A stretch of 20,000 bases of DNA from an uncultured virus (IMG/VR IMGVR_UViG_3300022902_000012) (lineage: Duplodnaviria > Heunggongvirae > Uroviricota > Caudoviricetes), in the IMG/VR virus record IMGVR_UViG_3300022902_000012, positions 51,993 through 71,992 of that record, one strand, 5' to 3'. Within the stretch, counting starts at the first letter, position 1. Each line of letters opens with the position of its first letter. Position numbers and translations under genes: made by a program. This document shows positions 7,774-15,867 of this stretch, one piece after another. The notes beneath the pieces were generated by a model. The model worked only from the letters and a program-made list of their open reading frames with translations, was not told where the DNA came from and ran no database searches.

Positions 7774-8913
7774 CTATGCTCCTCCTCGCCTGAACATCTC
7801 GGTCAGGACATCAGCAATCTCGCAGGTAGCAAGGGTTCGATTAGTCGCCTGATTCAGGTCGACCTTGATCTCCTCGGCCAGCCACTGCAGGTCTTCACCC
7901 TCCACATGTAGGGCCCGCAGTGGCGCCCCCCACAGGCCCAGCCAGAACTCAACCCGATCCGATTCCGGCTCGACATCAGACAGGTGAACAAGCAGGTCCT
8001 CTCGGATCCCTTCAGCATTCGGCTTGAATGCTTTGTTGTCCTTGATCTCCTCTTGCACATAATGCACGGCATCGCACAAGGCTCCATCCCAGGTCTCATC
8101 CGGCTCAAGCGGATCAAGCAGGTGCCCACGAATGGCATCGGCGAGCTGGCCATCATCGAAGTAATCATCCTCCTCGTCAGACTTGATCTGCTCTCGCTGG
8201 ATCTCCAGGTCAGCCTCGTCCTCCGAGGTCAGTGTCTCGAAGCAGTCGATGCACACAGAGCCACCATGGTACTCATCGCCGGGCTTGGGGAAACTCTGCC
8301 CGAGGTCGTATGTATCGCCGCCGCCGAACTTCCCTTCGCCAACCCCGCGCAGGAGTATGGCATCTACACACTCCGGGCACATCTCAGCGCAGTCCCGGCA
8401 CAGGGCAACCTCCCCCCCGTTACCCGCGACGAAGGTGAAGGGGGGCTGCTCATCACCGGCATCATCCTGGTCCTGCGTGTAGACGCCGCGGAGAGCCCGG
8501 TCCCATTGCATGAAGTACTTGTAGTCATCGGGCGTACCCTTGCCCGTCGTCAGCCGGCGGAAGATCTCTTCACTGGCGTCGTCCCCGATCATCATCCGGC
8601 CCCCACAGGCAGCGCAGACCCACAGGATTCCCTGGTCCTCCGGCCGAGCCCAGTCAACAGGCTCAGTCGATTGGTCCTCGGTAGCATGCAGCCGCTCGAA
8701 CCTGTCCGGGTCCTCGTCGTTCATCACGACCGACCGCAGGTGCGCAAGCTCGGCTTCCTCAGCATCGATCCCGTCGGGCAGTACACCCTGACAGCAAGGG
8801 CAGCCCTTGCTCGCCCGAAACAGAGTGGCCTCCCACCAGGTCATGTCCCCAGTAGCCACCCCATACCCATCCCAGGGCTCGTTGCACACTCCACATAGAA
8901 TGTCTTGGCTCAC
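7774..8913 (-). CDS. Cys-rich, acidic multidomain hypothetical protein (379 aa)
   Basis: Start re-assigned to GTG 8913 (GTGA overlap, GGGAG SD). N-terminal DILCGVCNEPWD...GCPCC; six CxxC motifs in total. Confidence 0.85.
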   Translation of the reverse strand: MSQDILCGVCNEPWDGYGVATGDMTWWEATLFRASKGCPCCQGVLPDGIDAEEAELAHLRSVVMNDEDPDRFERLHATEDQSTEPVDWARPEDQGILWVCAACGGRMMIGDDASEEIFRRLTTGKGTPDDYKYFMQWDRALRGVYTQDQDDAGDEQPPFTFVAGNGGEVALCRDCAEMCPECVDAILLRGVGEGKFGGGDTYDLGQSFPKPGDEYHGGSVCIDCFETLTSEDEADLEIQREQIKSDEEDDYFDDGQLADAIRGHLLDPLEPDETWDGALCDAVHYVQEEIKDNKAFKPNAEGIREDLLVHLSDVEPESDRVEFWLGLWGAPLRALHVEGEDLQWLAEEIKVDLNQATNRTLATCEIADVLTEMFRRGGA

Positions 8914-9128
8914 GTCAATTGTCTCCCAATGAAGGCAGCAACATCTGCCGGCTCGAAGCCGTACTCCGCAAGTAGATAATCGAGTTGGCCAGCAGCCCCT
9001 GAGTTGTTGATGTTGCTTGCCTCGCAGGACTTGCATTCATGAACGAGGTCATCCAGCCATTCAGCGGCATCTTCCATGCTGCCGTACTCCTCGGCGAGAA
9101 TCCTCTCGAGCTTCTGTCTATCGGTCAT
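8910..9128 (-). CDS. Hypothetical protein (72 aa) with LDDLVH...AS.INN.G...Q..YL motif
   Basis: ATGA overlap. Motif recognised from MGE hypotheticals. Confidence 0.8.
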   Translation of the reverse strand: MTDRQKLERILAEEYGSMEDAAEWLDDLVHECKSCEASNINNSGAAGQLDYLLAEYGFEPADVAAFIGRQLT

Positions 9129-9448
9129 ACCGCGTTGCCTTCTTTGTCTACCGACGTTATGTACGTAGGCCAGCCCAGGAAATTGAGTAATTGACCGCCC
9201 CCCACCTCCTTATCAGCCTGGAGTTTGAACTCATGGCTCAGATCATGTGGCCACTCAGCCGTCGTATGATCTCGATCGTTGAGCCATTGAGCGAGTGCCG
9301 GATTAAACTCGGCCTTTGGGTTGAACCAGATGCCGCACTCCGGGCAATCAACCAGACCCTCGAAGTCAGGCTTGGCTTCAAACTCAGCGCCGCACCCAAT
9401 GATGTCCCCATCGGAATGCCTGCTTGTCGGACAGATGTACTTGGCCAT
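9125..9448 (-). CDS. Zn-ribbon hypothetical protein (107 aa)
   Basis: YICP...GCG...VDCPECGIWF. TAATG overlap. Confidence 0.8.
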   Translation of the reverse strand: MAKYICPTSRHSDGDIIGCGAEFEAKPDFEGLVDCPECGIWFNPKAEFNPALAQWLNDRDHTTAEWPHDLSHEFKLQADKEVGGGQLLNFLGWPTYITSVDKEGNAV

Positions 9449-9807
9449 TAGTAGGCCTCGTACATCCCGGCCTCATCTTCTCCGTCGACAGCATCGAGCA
9501 GGCCCAAGGCCATCTCCCCGGTCATGCCCGGTTCCATGGCGCACAGCAACTTGTCCAGGCTTTCGCGGCGCCCACCCATCCGGGCAGCGCAGGATGCCTC
9601 AAACTCGTCGCGCAGGGCCTGGGCCTCTCGGTGGCTCAGGCCAGAGCCAGGCGCCGCATAGTAGGTCATGCACCCCCCATCTCCGGCCTGCGATGCTTGC
9701 AACACAGGGGCATCATCAACATGCACCACACAGGTCCAGGCATACCCCTTCCCTGTGTCATGCCCCTTCAACCCACTGATCGTGATCATCCGAAGTTCAA
9801 TGCTCAT
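9448..9807 (-). CDS. Hypothetical protein (119 aa, MSIELRMITISGLKGHD...)
   Basis: Start re-assigned to ATG 9807, 5 nt after the upstream stop, with GGAG upstream. Confidence 0.75.
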   Translation of the reverse strand: MSIELRMITISGLKGHDTGKGYAWTCVVHVDDAPVLQASQAGDGGCMTYYAAPGSGLSHREAQALRDEFEASCAARMGGRRESLDKLLCAMEPGMTGEMALGLLDAVDGEDEAGMYEAY

Positions 9808-9812
9808 GATCT

Positions 9813-10148
9813 CTATCTCTCCATCTTCCAGAGGTTGTAGTTGCTCGGGTAGCATCTTTGCAGCATCTTCTCAGCCAGAGCCAAGTCGACCCCAGGGAAT
9901 AGCTCAGGCCAGGTCAAGATGATGGCGTAGGTTGCGCAGTCCTCTTCGAACCACAGCCCAGCCCCGCCGTTGCCAGGGTTTTCCCAGTCGGTATCGCCGA
10001 TGGCAGATAGAGCCGGCGGCATCGAGCCAATCAGTTGCGATGCCACGTAGACACCCCCATGCGACGGCGTCTGGTACTCAATGACCCCAGGCATCAGAAC
10101 CTTGACATGGTCGGGCCTGCCCCATGGTGTGTTAGTTGGCTTCAACAT
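9813..10148 (-). CDS. DUF7007-like protein (111 aa)
   Basis: TPWG...GV....TPSHGG.....MP.AL....WFEEDC....I..WPELF matches the DUF7007 pattern as I recall it. Confidence 0.75.
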   Translation of the reverse strand: MLKPTNTPWGRPDHVKVLMPGVIEYQTPSHGGVYVASQLIGSMPPALSAIGDTDWENPGNGGAGLWFEEDCATYAIILTWPELFPGVDLALAEKMLQRCYPSNYNLWKMER

Positions 10149-10153
10149 GATCC

Positions 10154-10372
10154 CTATCCCTCCTCGCTCGCGTTCAACCAGTCGGCTACTTCGCAGGCCA
10201 AGTCAGCTCGCCAGCCACCAAAGTGCCAGTAGTCATGAGATCGATCCGTGTCGGACGTCGATCCACTGTAATGCACCTCGCCGTTCTTCTTGACCCTCAC
10301 CCGTCGGCTACCTACCCCATGCCCGAGGTACTCTCGGATCTGCGCGTCGGTAACATCTGTGTACTTGATCAT
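10154..10372 (-). CDS. Hypothetical protein (72 aa, MIKYTDVTD...RVRVKKNGEVH)
   Basis: Start re-assigned to ATG 10372, with GGAGG SD. Confidence 0.75.
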   Translation of the reverse strand: MIKYTDVTDAQIREYLGHGVGSRRVRVKKNGEVHYSGSTSDTDRSHDYWHFGGWRADLACEVADWLNASEEG

Positions 10373-10376
10373 CAAA

Positions 10377-11291
10377 CTACCTCCTCGGCATGTTGGCGCA
10401 TGCTGATACGAAGTCACGGTATCGCTTGCTTCGCTTCTCTCTCATCGGGATGGTGTGGGCTGCCTCATGCTCGAACTCCTTGGCTATCCAACAACGGAGC
10501 TCATGGCCATCCCACCCGGCAGGCAGGTCACCTTCCTCGATGTGCCGGATGAACATGGCCTGCATGTCCTCCATGAATCGGTTGACCAGGCGCAACTTGC
10601 CCAAACGGTGGTGAATATCCTCTGTGCGTGTCTCAGACCAGTTCGGGGTCCAGTCCGCCTCAGAAGAAACAAAGTGAGACAGGGCGCCACAGTCAGGACA
10701 CTCGCCGGCCGGCATCAGCTCTCCTGGCTCGACTCGGCCAAGCAAGTCAAAATACTCCACCAGGTCACCGCCATTGACATCCTTGTCCAAGTCCATGCCC
10801 CCTGCGTCTGCATCGAAGTACATGAAGTGGACCAAATCGGCGACCAATGCCTTGGCCGCCACAGCCGCACCGACCGGCGCATCTTCGCCGGGGTCATATG
10901 TTAGTATCGGCGGTCCTTGTGTCTCAGCATCGAGAGGCATCGCATCCTGCCTTTTGCTGAGCTTGAGCGCGTATGCCTCCTGCTCATGCAGATGCTTGGA
11001 CAAAAAGGTGGCGAAGGCATAGCCCCAGGAGCGAGAGGCTACGTAGTCAGCCACATTCTCCCACGAAAGCTCAGGCCCCTCTTCCCAGCCCCGGCTGAGC
11101 CGCTCATCCAGGATCTCCAGTGCCTGCTCCAGGTGGCTCTGTTTGAGCACTCGACGAGATGCCACAGGCCCCTCACCGCGCAGGTGCTCGGCCACACCCC
11201 ACAGGGCACGCTCAAGTAGCTCTTCCCAACGGCTGCCCCTCGGCACTTCATGTTTGTCACACAGTTTGCGGATGCTGGTCCAGGTATCCAT
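10377..11291 (-). CDS. Multidomain hypothetical protein (304 aa) with RVEPGELMPAGECPDCGAL module
   Basis: ATG 11291 (TGATG overlap, AGGAGG SD). Confidence 0.8.
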   Translation of the reverse strand: MDTWTSIRKLCDKHEVPRGSRWEELLERALWGVAEHLRGEGPVASRRVLKQSHLEQALEILDERLSRGWEEGPELSWENVADYVASRSWGYAFATFLSKHLHEQEAYALKLSKRQDAMPLDAETQGPPILTYDPGEDAPVGAAVAAKALVADLVHFMYFDADAGGMDLDKDVNGGDLVEYFDLLGRVEPGELMPAGECPDCGALSHFVSSEADWTPNWSETRTEDIHHRLGKLRLVNRFMEDMQAMFIRHIEEGDLPAGWDGHELRCWIAKEFEHEAAHTIPMREKRSKRYRDFVSACANMPRR

Positions 11292-11545
11292 CAGGTTACG
11301 TCCTCCTTGATCGTTTTCCACTTGTTGGTCTCGTCATCCCACTGCTGCACAGCCAGGACTTTGTCTCCATGCTCGGCCAACCACCGCACCTTCGATCGAA
11401 TCCAATCCAAGCTATCAGACAGGTAGTAGGCCACACCCATCCCGCTCGGGTCGGGCCTACCAATCCAGTGTTTATAACGATACTTAATCCGGTAGTCGTG
11501 CAGGAACACGGCTCGCCCCCCAATCTCCTCCCGATGTAGGGTCAT
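11291..11545 (-). CDS. Hypothetical protein (about 84 aa, MTLHREEIGG...)
   Basis: Open frame whose stop overlaps the next start. Start uncertain (11545 or 11581). Confidence 0.7.
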   Translation of the reverse strand: MTLHREEIGGRAVFLHDYRIKYRYKHWIGRPDPSGMGVAYYLSDSLDWIRSKVRWLAEHGDKVLAVQQWDDETNKWKTIKEDVT

Positions 11546-11549
11546 CGAC

Positions 11550-11686
11550 TCAGAACTGGCGGCCAAACTGGACGCAGACATTCATTGGCTTGTAGTGACG
11601 GCGGGCCGTCTTCACGATCCGGCGCCATGTTGCCCCCCGCCACAGCGCAACTTACCTAGTCGGGTGTTGATCTCAGGCTGGCTCAT
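11550..11686 (-). pseudogene. Possible small gene disrupted by a one-base indel (MSQPEINTRLGK...)
   Basis: Well-placed ATG 11686 (ATGA overlap, GAGGAGG SD), but the frame stops after 24 codons at 11612. The other frames stay open to 11550 or 11542. Confidence 0.35.
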
Positions 11687-12081
11687 GATTCATCCTCCTC
11701 AACGATCTGAGGTTCATCGCCAATGGCTGCGCATGCCCTCATGTATGCCTCTCCCAGGTCAACCCAGTCAGAGTCGCAATTTGGCGCACAGGTGCCATCC
11801 GCAGAGATTCGGATGCCGCCTGTCTCATTGACCGTTGTTATTAAGTCGATGAGGCATCCGATGAGCTCCTTCTCTGAATAGATATTTTTCAACTCGGAGA
11901 CCTTGCCGGTCCAGTCACACTCGCAGATAACTAGGGCGTCGTTATCGACAGGAAACTCCGTGGCGGCGAGTGCCCCCGGCCCCACAGCCTGGAGCCTGCC
12001 ACACCAGCGGAAAGCAGCTGGCAGCCGGACAATCAACCGATCTCCATCACAAGCCGGGCACACCTGACGTAGCCGGCTCAT
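11683..12081 (-). CDS. Zn-ribbon-containing hypothetical protein (132 aa); N-terminus paralogous to 13391-13948
   Basis: Start re-assigned to ATG 12081 (ATGA overlap). CPAC...LPAAFRW...TEFP...CECDWTGKV. Confidence 0.85.
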   Translation of the reverse strand: MSRLRQVCPACDGDRLIVRLPAAFRWCGRLQAVGPGALAATEFPVDNDALVICECDWTGKVSELKNIYSEKELIGCLIDLITTVNETGGIRISADGTCAPNCDSDWVDLGEAYMRACAAIGDEPQIVEEDES

Positions 12082-12320
12082 GTGATTACGATCCAATCGT
12101 TGCCCGCTGTCACGTAACAGGTGCCAATGTTGGAGAAGATGCACAGGTACACCCGGCGCCAGCGAGGAGAGCCGGGCAACTTGGCCATCGTCGATGTTGG
12201 GATCTTGCGGCCATAGCCAGAGGCTGTGTATTGCAGGCCAACCTTTTGCCACGGCAACAACTCAGTCTTGTGCTCCAGGTCCTCGAGGGGATACCGCGCA
12301 ACAATCTTGGTCTCAGGCAT
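12078..12320 (-). CDS. Conserved phage-type hypothetical protein (80 aa)
   Basis: WQ..GLQYTASGYGRKIPT......RWRRVY...FSN.GT.YV motif recognised from phage hypotheticals. Confidence 0.85.
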   Translation of the reverse strand: MPETKIVARYPLEDLEHKTELLPWQKVGLQYTASGYGRKIPTSTMAKLPGSPRWRRVYLCIFSNIGTCYVTAGNDWIVIT

Positions 12321-12328
12321 CGGCTGGG

Positions 12329-12868
12329 CTACTCGTCGTCAGTAGCACAATCGGTGCACATGCCAGCTTCATCATCGAAACAATCGTGGCAGACCATCAG
12401 GCCACAGATGTCGCACTCTTCCGTGTCGTCCTCGTCGACATCCTGCTTGCACACTGGGCATTCAACCTCAACAGGCTCTTCGTTGAAGTCGGCCGGCTCG
12501 GTCTCACCTCGTCGCTTAACCACGATCAGGGTACCCTCGTGTAGCTCGGCGGTCTCCATGTGAGCCATGCCATCCGACGGGTGGGGCATGTGCAGCAGCA
12601 GATGACCATCAGGCGTCCGCCGCATCGTGAACACGAAACAGCCCCGAGGGTCACCTACCGACACGCAGCAGGACACCTCATCTTTGTCTGGGTCAGCTGT
12701 GATCCGAGCAGAGTTGAGCCAGGACAAACCACCTCGGCATTCACCATACCCATTCTCGGCGTCGGGATTGGAGATCCTGACCGTCAGCTCTTCTCCTGGC
12801 TCTCGCTCATCCATCAGCCCCCCGGCGTATTCCCCATCAACTTCAGGTATCAATCTCACATCGCTCAT
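12329..12868 (-). CDS. Hypothetical protein (179 aa) with SVGDPRG.F.FT.RR domain and C-terminal Cys-rich finger
   Basis: Start re-assigned to ATG 12868 (GGAGGGAGG SD). C-terminal CPVC, CDIC, CHDC and CTDC. Confidence 0.85.
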   Translation of the reverse strand: MSDVRLIPEVDGEYAGGLMDEREPGEELTVRISNPDAENGYGECRGGLSWLNSARITADPDKDEVSCCVSVGDPRGCFVFTMRRTPDGHLLLHMPHPSDGMAHMETAELHEGTLIVVKRRGETEPADFNEEPVEVECPVCKQDVDEDDTEECDICGLMVCHDCFDDEAGMCTDCATDDE

Positions 12869-12881
12869 TGTCCTCCCTCCT

Positions 12882-13391
12882 TTAGTATCCCATCCTGGCT
12901 TCCCAGGCTTCCTCAGCAGCCCACTCAGCACGCATCCCAATCCGCTTCCTCACCCGGGCACAATTCGGATCGTCCGGTGAGGGTACAGGCTCGACACGAC
13001 GGCCACCGCAGCCGTAGCACGGCACATCGTAGTCACCCCTCATGTAGCTCCGCTGAAACTCAGGGCCCAGCTCAGCCATCTCCGAACCTGTAATCCCATC
13101 GGCATCTATACCGGGATTGACATGGCTGCCTCGGCCATCACATACCGTACAAACTTCCCAGACAATGTAGACCTCAACAGACTCGGTGCAGTTGCCACAG
13201 TCGGCTCCAACACATCGAGTCGGAGCAAGATGGACCCCCTGCTCTTGTTTCTCTTGGTCTCCATAGCAAGGCCGGTCCCCAGCCTCTACTGGCAGCTCCA
13301 CCCGACAGGTCATCCCCTTCTCGTCGAGGCTGTCCTTATCGTACCAGCAGGTCATGTAGCTTGCCCTGTCCCTACAATCAGAGTGGAACAT
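12882..13391 (-). CDS. CxxCxGxG (DnaJ-finger-like) Zn-finger hypothetical protein (169 aa)
   Basis: VCTVCDGRGSHVNPGID..GIT...Y..G.YDVPCYGCGGRRV. TGATG overlap. Confidence 0.85.
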   Translation of the reverse strand: MFHSDCRDRASYMTCWYDKDSLDEKGMTCRVELPVEAGDRPCYGDQEKQEQGVHLAPTRCVGADCGNCTESVEVYIVWEVCTVCDGRGSHVNPGIDADGITGSEMAELGPEFQRSYMRGDYDVPCYGCGGRRVEPVPSPDDPNCARVRKRIGMRAEWAAEEAWEARMGY

Positions 13392-13948
13392 CAGGCAGGC
13401 ACCTCGATCTTCGCACCACCCACCTTATCAATCAGGTCTTGCAGCTCACGGCAGGCTTCCCCAACCATCTGCCCGTAGTAGCCCCCTGCCTCCTTGAACC
13501 CCTTTTCATCCTTGTAGCTGCAGGCGCCGAGGAAGGCTGAACCGTACAAGCCCTTATAGGTGGCACGTACCTCGACCTTGGCCCAGGCCCAGACATCTCC
13601 CCCCTCAAGCCGACGGATGATCTCGTCCTCGACTTCCTTGTCGTAGGCATCATCCCCGCTTGCCATAGCGTTGCCCCGAACAGGGATGTCATCCTCCGGC
13701 TGCACATGCAACGTGATCTCAGGCTGCACCTTGGCTGCCACAGGCTGAAGGTCATAGACCCGACCGGTCCAGTCGCAGTCGTTGCAAACCACGGTGGCCC
13801 CATCCTCAATCGGGAACTCAGTACCAACCAGGTGTTCATCCAGCAACGCCAGGTCCATGACCCCGTCCCACTTGAAGGTCGCAGGCAGCTGGATAACAAA
13901 CCTGGGCTCGGCCTCACCGCAGTCGGGGCAGCAGACTTGCCTACTCAT
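13391..13948 (-). CDS. Two-domain hypothetical protein (185 aa): N-terminal Zn-ribbon plus WAW..V.V.A...G...LG.CSY domain
   Basis: AAGGAG SD. CPDC...LPATFKW...TEFP...CNDCDWTGRV. Confidence 0.85.
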   Translation of the reverse strand: MSRQVCCPDCGEAEPRFVIQLPATFKWDGVMDLALLDEHLVGTEFPIEDGATVVCNDCDWTGRVYDLQPVAAKVQPEITLHVQPEDDIPVRGNAMASGDDAYDKEVEDEIIRRLEGGDVWAWAKVEVRATYKGLYGSAFLGACSYKDEKGFKEAGGYYGQMVGEACRELQDLIDKVGGAKIEVPA

Positions 13949-14378
13949 AAGTTATCTCCTTTGCTACCTTCAGAGCCACATCAGCCAGCAGCTCACAACC
14001 AGCCTCGCTGGCTTTCTCGAGGCGGTCATCGTCCTCGCCGGCTGCCTCGAACAGCGGCGTGACCTCCTTGTCGTAGCGTTTCTTGATCATTTTGATGGCC
14101 AGGGCCAGGGCGCCGTTGTACTCAGGCCTGTAATAATCCCACAGCAGATCACGGTCCTCTTTACTGGCCTTATCATCTTGATGCTCAGGCAAGAATTCAG
14201 AGAGACCGATCGTATCACCCTCGTCACACCAGGTATCGATGGTTCGGCGGTCAGCCCACTCATCCGGCCTGGCCCCATCATAGAACCAGTGCTCAATCTG
14301 TTCTTCAGTGAGTACAGCCTTCACATCTTCCCGTGCCCACCGTTCAGCCAGCTCTCGGGCGCCTCGATACAGAGTCAT
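13941..14378 (-). CDS. Acidic helical hypothetical protein (145 aa, MTLYRGARELAE...)
   Basis: ATG 14378 in an ATGA overlap. The TTG start at 14501 on the ORF track is less plausible. Confidence 0.75.
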   Translation of the reverse strand: MTLYRGARELAERWAREDVKAVLTEEQIEHWFYDGARPDEWADRRTIDTWCDEGDTIGLSEFLPEHQDDKASKEDRDLLWDYYRPEYNGALALAIKMIKKRYDKEVTPLFEAAGEDDDRLEKASEAGCELLADVALKVAKEITYE

Positions 14379-14580
14379 GCGCGCCGCCGATCTTGCATCC
14401 ACATAGGCTCGTCGATGAAGAACATCAGCTCCCATCCCCCCCATCATCAGGGCTGGGGTCCTCAACAACTTTGTCTGGGTCGAAGAACTCGTCGCCCTCA
14501 AACTTGTCCACCACCTGGCGGCACAGCTTGATCAGCTCTGCCCTGGCGAGGGTCTCCCCCTTCTCTGGACTCAGATGCAC
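14375..14580 (-). CDS. Small acidic ORF (51 aa, 14425-14580) plus 16-aa ORF (14375-14425), or one 68-aa gene frameshifted at a G7 run
   Basis: GTG 14580 with GGGAG SD gives MHLSPEKGETLARAELIKLCRQVVDKFEGDEFF... Not on the ORF track. G7 run at 14436-14442. Confidence 0.5.
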
Positions 14581-14596
14581 ATCGTACTCCCGCTCT

Positions 14597-15529
14597 CTAC
14601 TCCTCCTCGGTGATCTGATCGGGGTGAGGGCCTTCCTTGGCCACCCACTTACGAAATTGCTGTGATCTCTCGTCCGATTTATAGGCGGTGATGCTCACGT
14701 CTGGCTGGACATCCCCCACATGAAACACCTCCCAATCAGGCCCATGGTTGCCACCAATGTCGACGTTGCCCCGGCTGAAGGGCTTAACACGCAGGCCAAA
14801 GCCGGCAGGGCCCTCGCCCCCGCTCACTGCAAAGCCGTAGCGTCCATCCTTGGACTTGACCCAGATCTCCCGGGCATCGTTGGGCCACAGGGAGACTCGG
14901 GCCAGCGACAGCAGGGAGTCCGGCTGCTCAACCAGGACGACGTACTTTTCAAGGCGTTGGTCGACGTTGTCGAGCACCTCCCCCCCGATGACCTCGGTCT
15001 CGGGGCAGGCATCCGAGTACTCGAGCGACGTGCGGATGGCCTCAATGGCCGTGCTGCCGGCGATGGCGTCCGCCACGCACTGCTCAACGTCCTCGCGCTG
15101 ATCGTCGAGGCACTGCACCTCGATCTCAACGAACACCCGATGGCGCACCACTTCGATCTCTTTCCACTTGAGCACCACGTAGATGTTTGGCTGCTCCTCG
15201 GGCGGCACCCAGCCGATCTCCTCGTCAACATGTTCTTCAGGCATCGGATTGCCCTTCTTGTTGACAGGCCAGAACAGTGTCGGATCAGCCTCATGCGCGC
15301 GGGTTAACTCAGCGTCCAGGGCAGCACCGATCTGCTCATTCCCAACCCCATCAGGCACACCGTCCCAGGTATGCTCGCTGCCCATCAGGTCTTCGACAGC
15401 CGCACCGGCATCACCCCAGTTCGGCGAGCAATACAACAACAGCTCACCATCCCTGTTGTGCCCATCCTGCAGATAGCAAGGGGAGCACTTATCGACGAAG
15501 TCAGCCGTCACTTCATACTTCTTGGTCAT
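14597..15529 (-). CDS. Acidic multidomain hypothetical protein (310 aa, MTKKYEVTAD...)
   Basis: ATG 15529 in an ATGA overlap, with GGAG SD. Confidence 0.8.
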   Translation of the reverse strand: MTKKYEVTADFVDKCSPCYLQDGHNRDGELLLYCSPNWGDAGAAVEDLMGSEHTWDGVPDGVGNEQIGAALDAELTRAHEADPTLFWPVNKKGNPMPEEHVDEEIGWVPPEEQPNIYVVLKWKEIEVVRHRVFVEIEVQCLDDQREDVEQCVADAIAGSTAIEAIRTSLEYSDACPETEVIGGEVLDNVDQRLEKYVVLVEQPDSLLSLARVSLWPNDAREIWVKSKDGRYGFAVSGGEGPAGFGLRVKPFSRGNVDIGGNHGPDWEVFHVGDVQPDVSITAYKSDERSQQFRKWVAKEGPHPDQITEEE

Positions 15530-15867
15530 AACCACTCTCCATTGATCTTGATGGCTGTACATCCAGCATTCGGCATACCGAAGTCATCGAGGGGCTCGAA
15601 GCCGCTGTACTCCCCATAGATTATCCCTTCGTAGTGGCAGTTACCGTCGTCGTCATACAGACTGAACCTGGCTGCATTCCCCCTCACCTCGGAATTGAGG
15701 TTGGATGGTCCCTTCGTCCCTACGGCACTGTTATCCCAGTCAGACCCATCGGCCCGCTTCGCGCCGTGCTTTTTGATAGATCTCTCGAGGAGTCTATCGC
15801 GGGTGACCTCCCAGCGGTAAAAGGCCTCGCCATTAGCATCTACCTCAGGTACATTCCACAGGCCCAT
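15526..15867 (-). CDS. Conserved phage-type hypothetical protein (113 aa)
   Basis: Start re-assigned to ATG 15867 (TGATG overlap). Motif F.LYDDDG...YEG.......F.PLDDFG.PNAGCT.I. Confidence 0.85.
   Translation of the reverse strand: MGLWNVPEVDANGEAFYRWEVTRDRLLERSIKKHGAKRADGSDWDNSAVGTKGPSNLNSEVRGNAARFSLYDDDGNCHYEGIIYGEYSGFEPLDDFGMPNAGCTAIKINGEWL

Noticed and set aside
12882..13391. DnaJ chaperone
   Set aside because: Only two CxxCxGxG-like motifs and no J-domain HPD motif.
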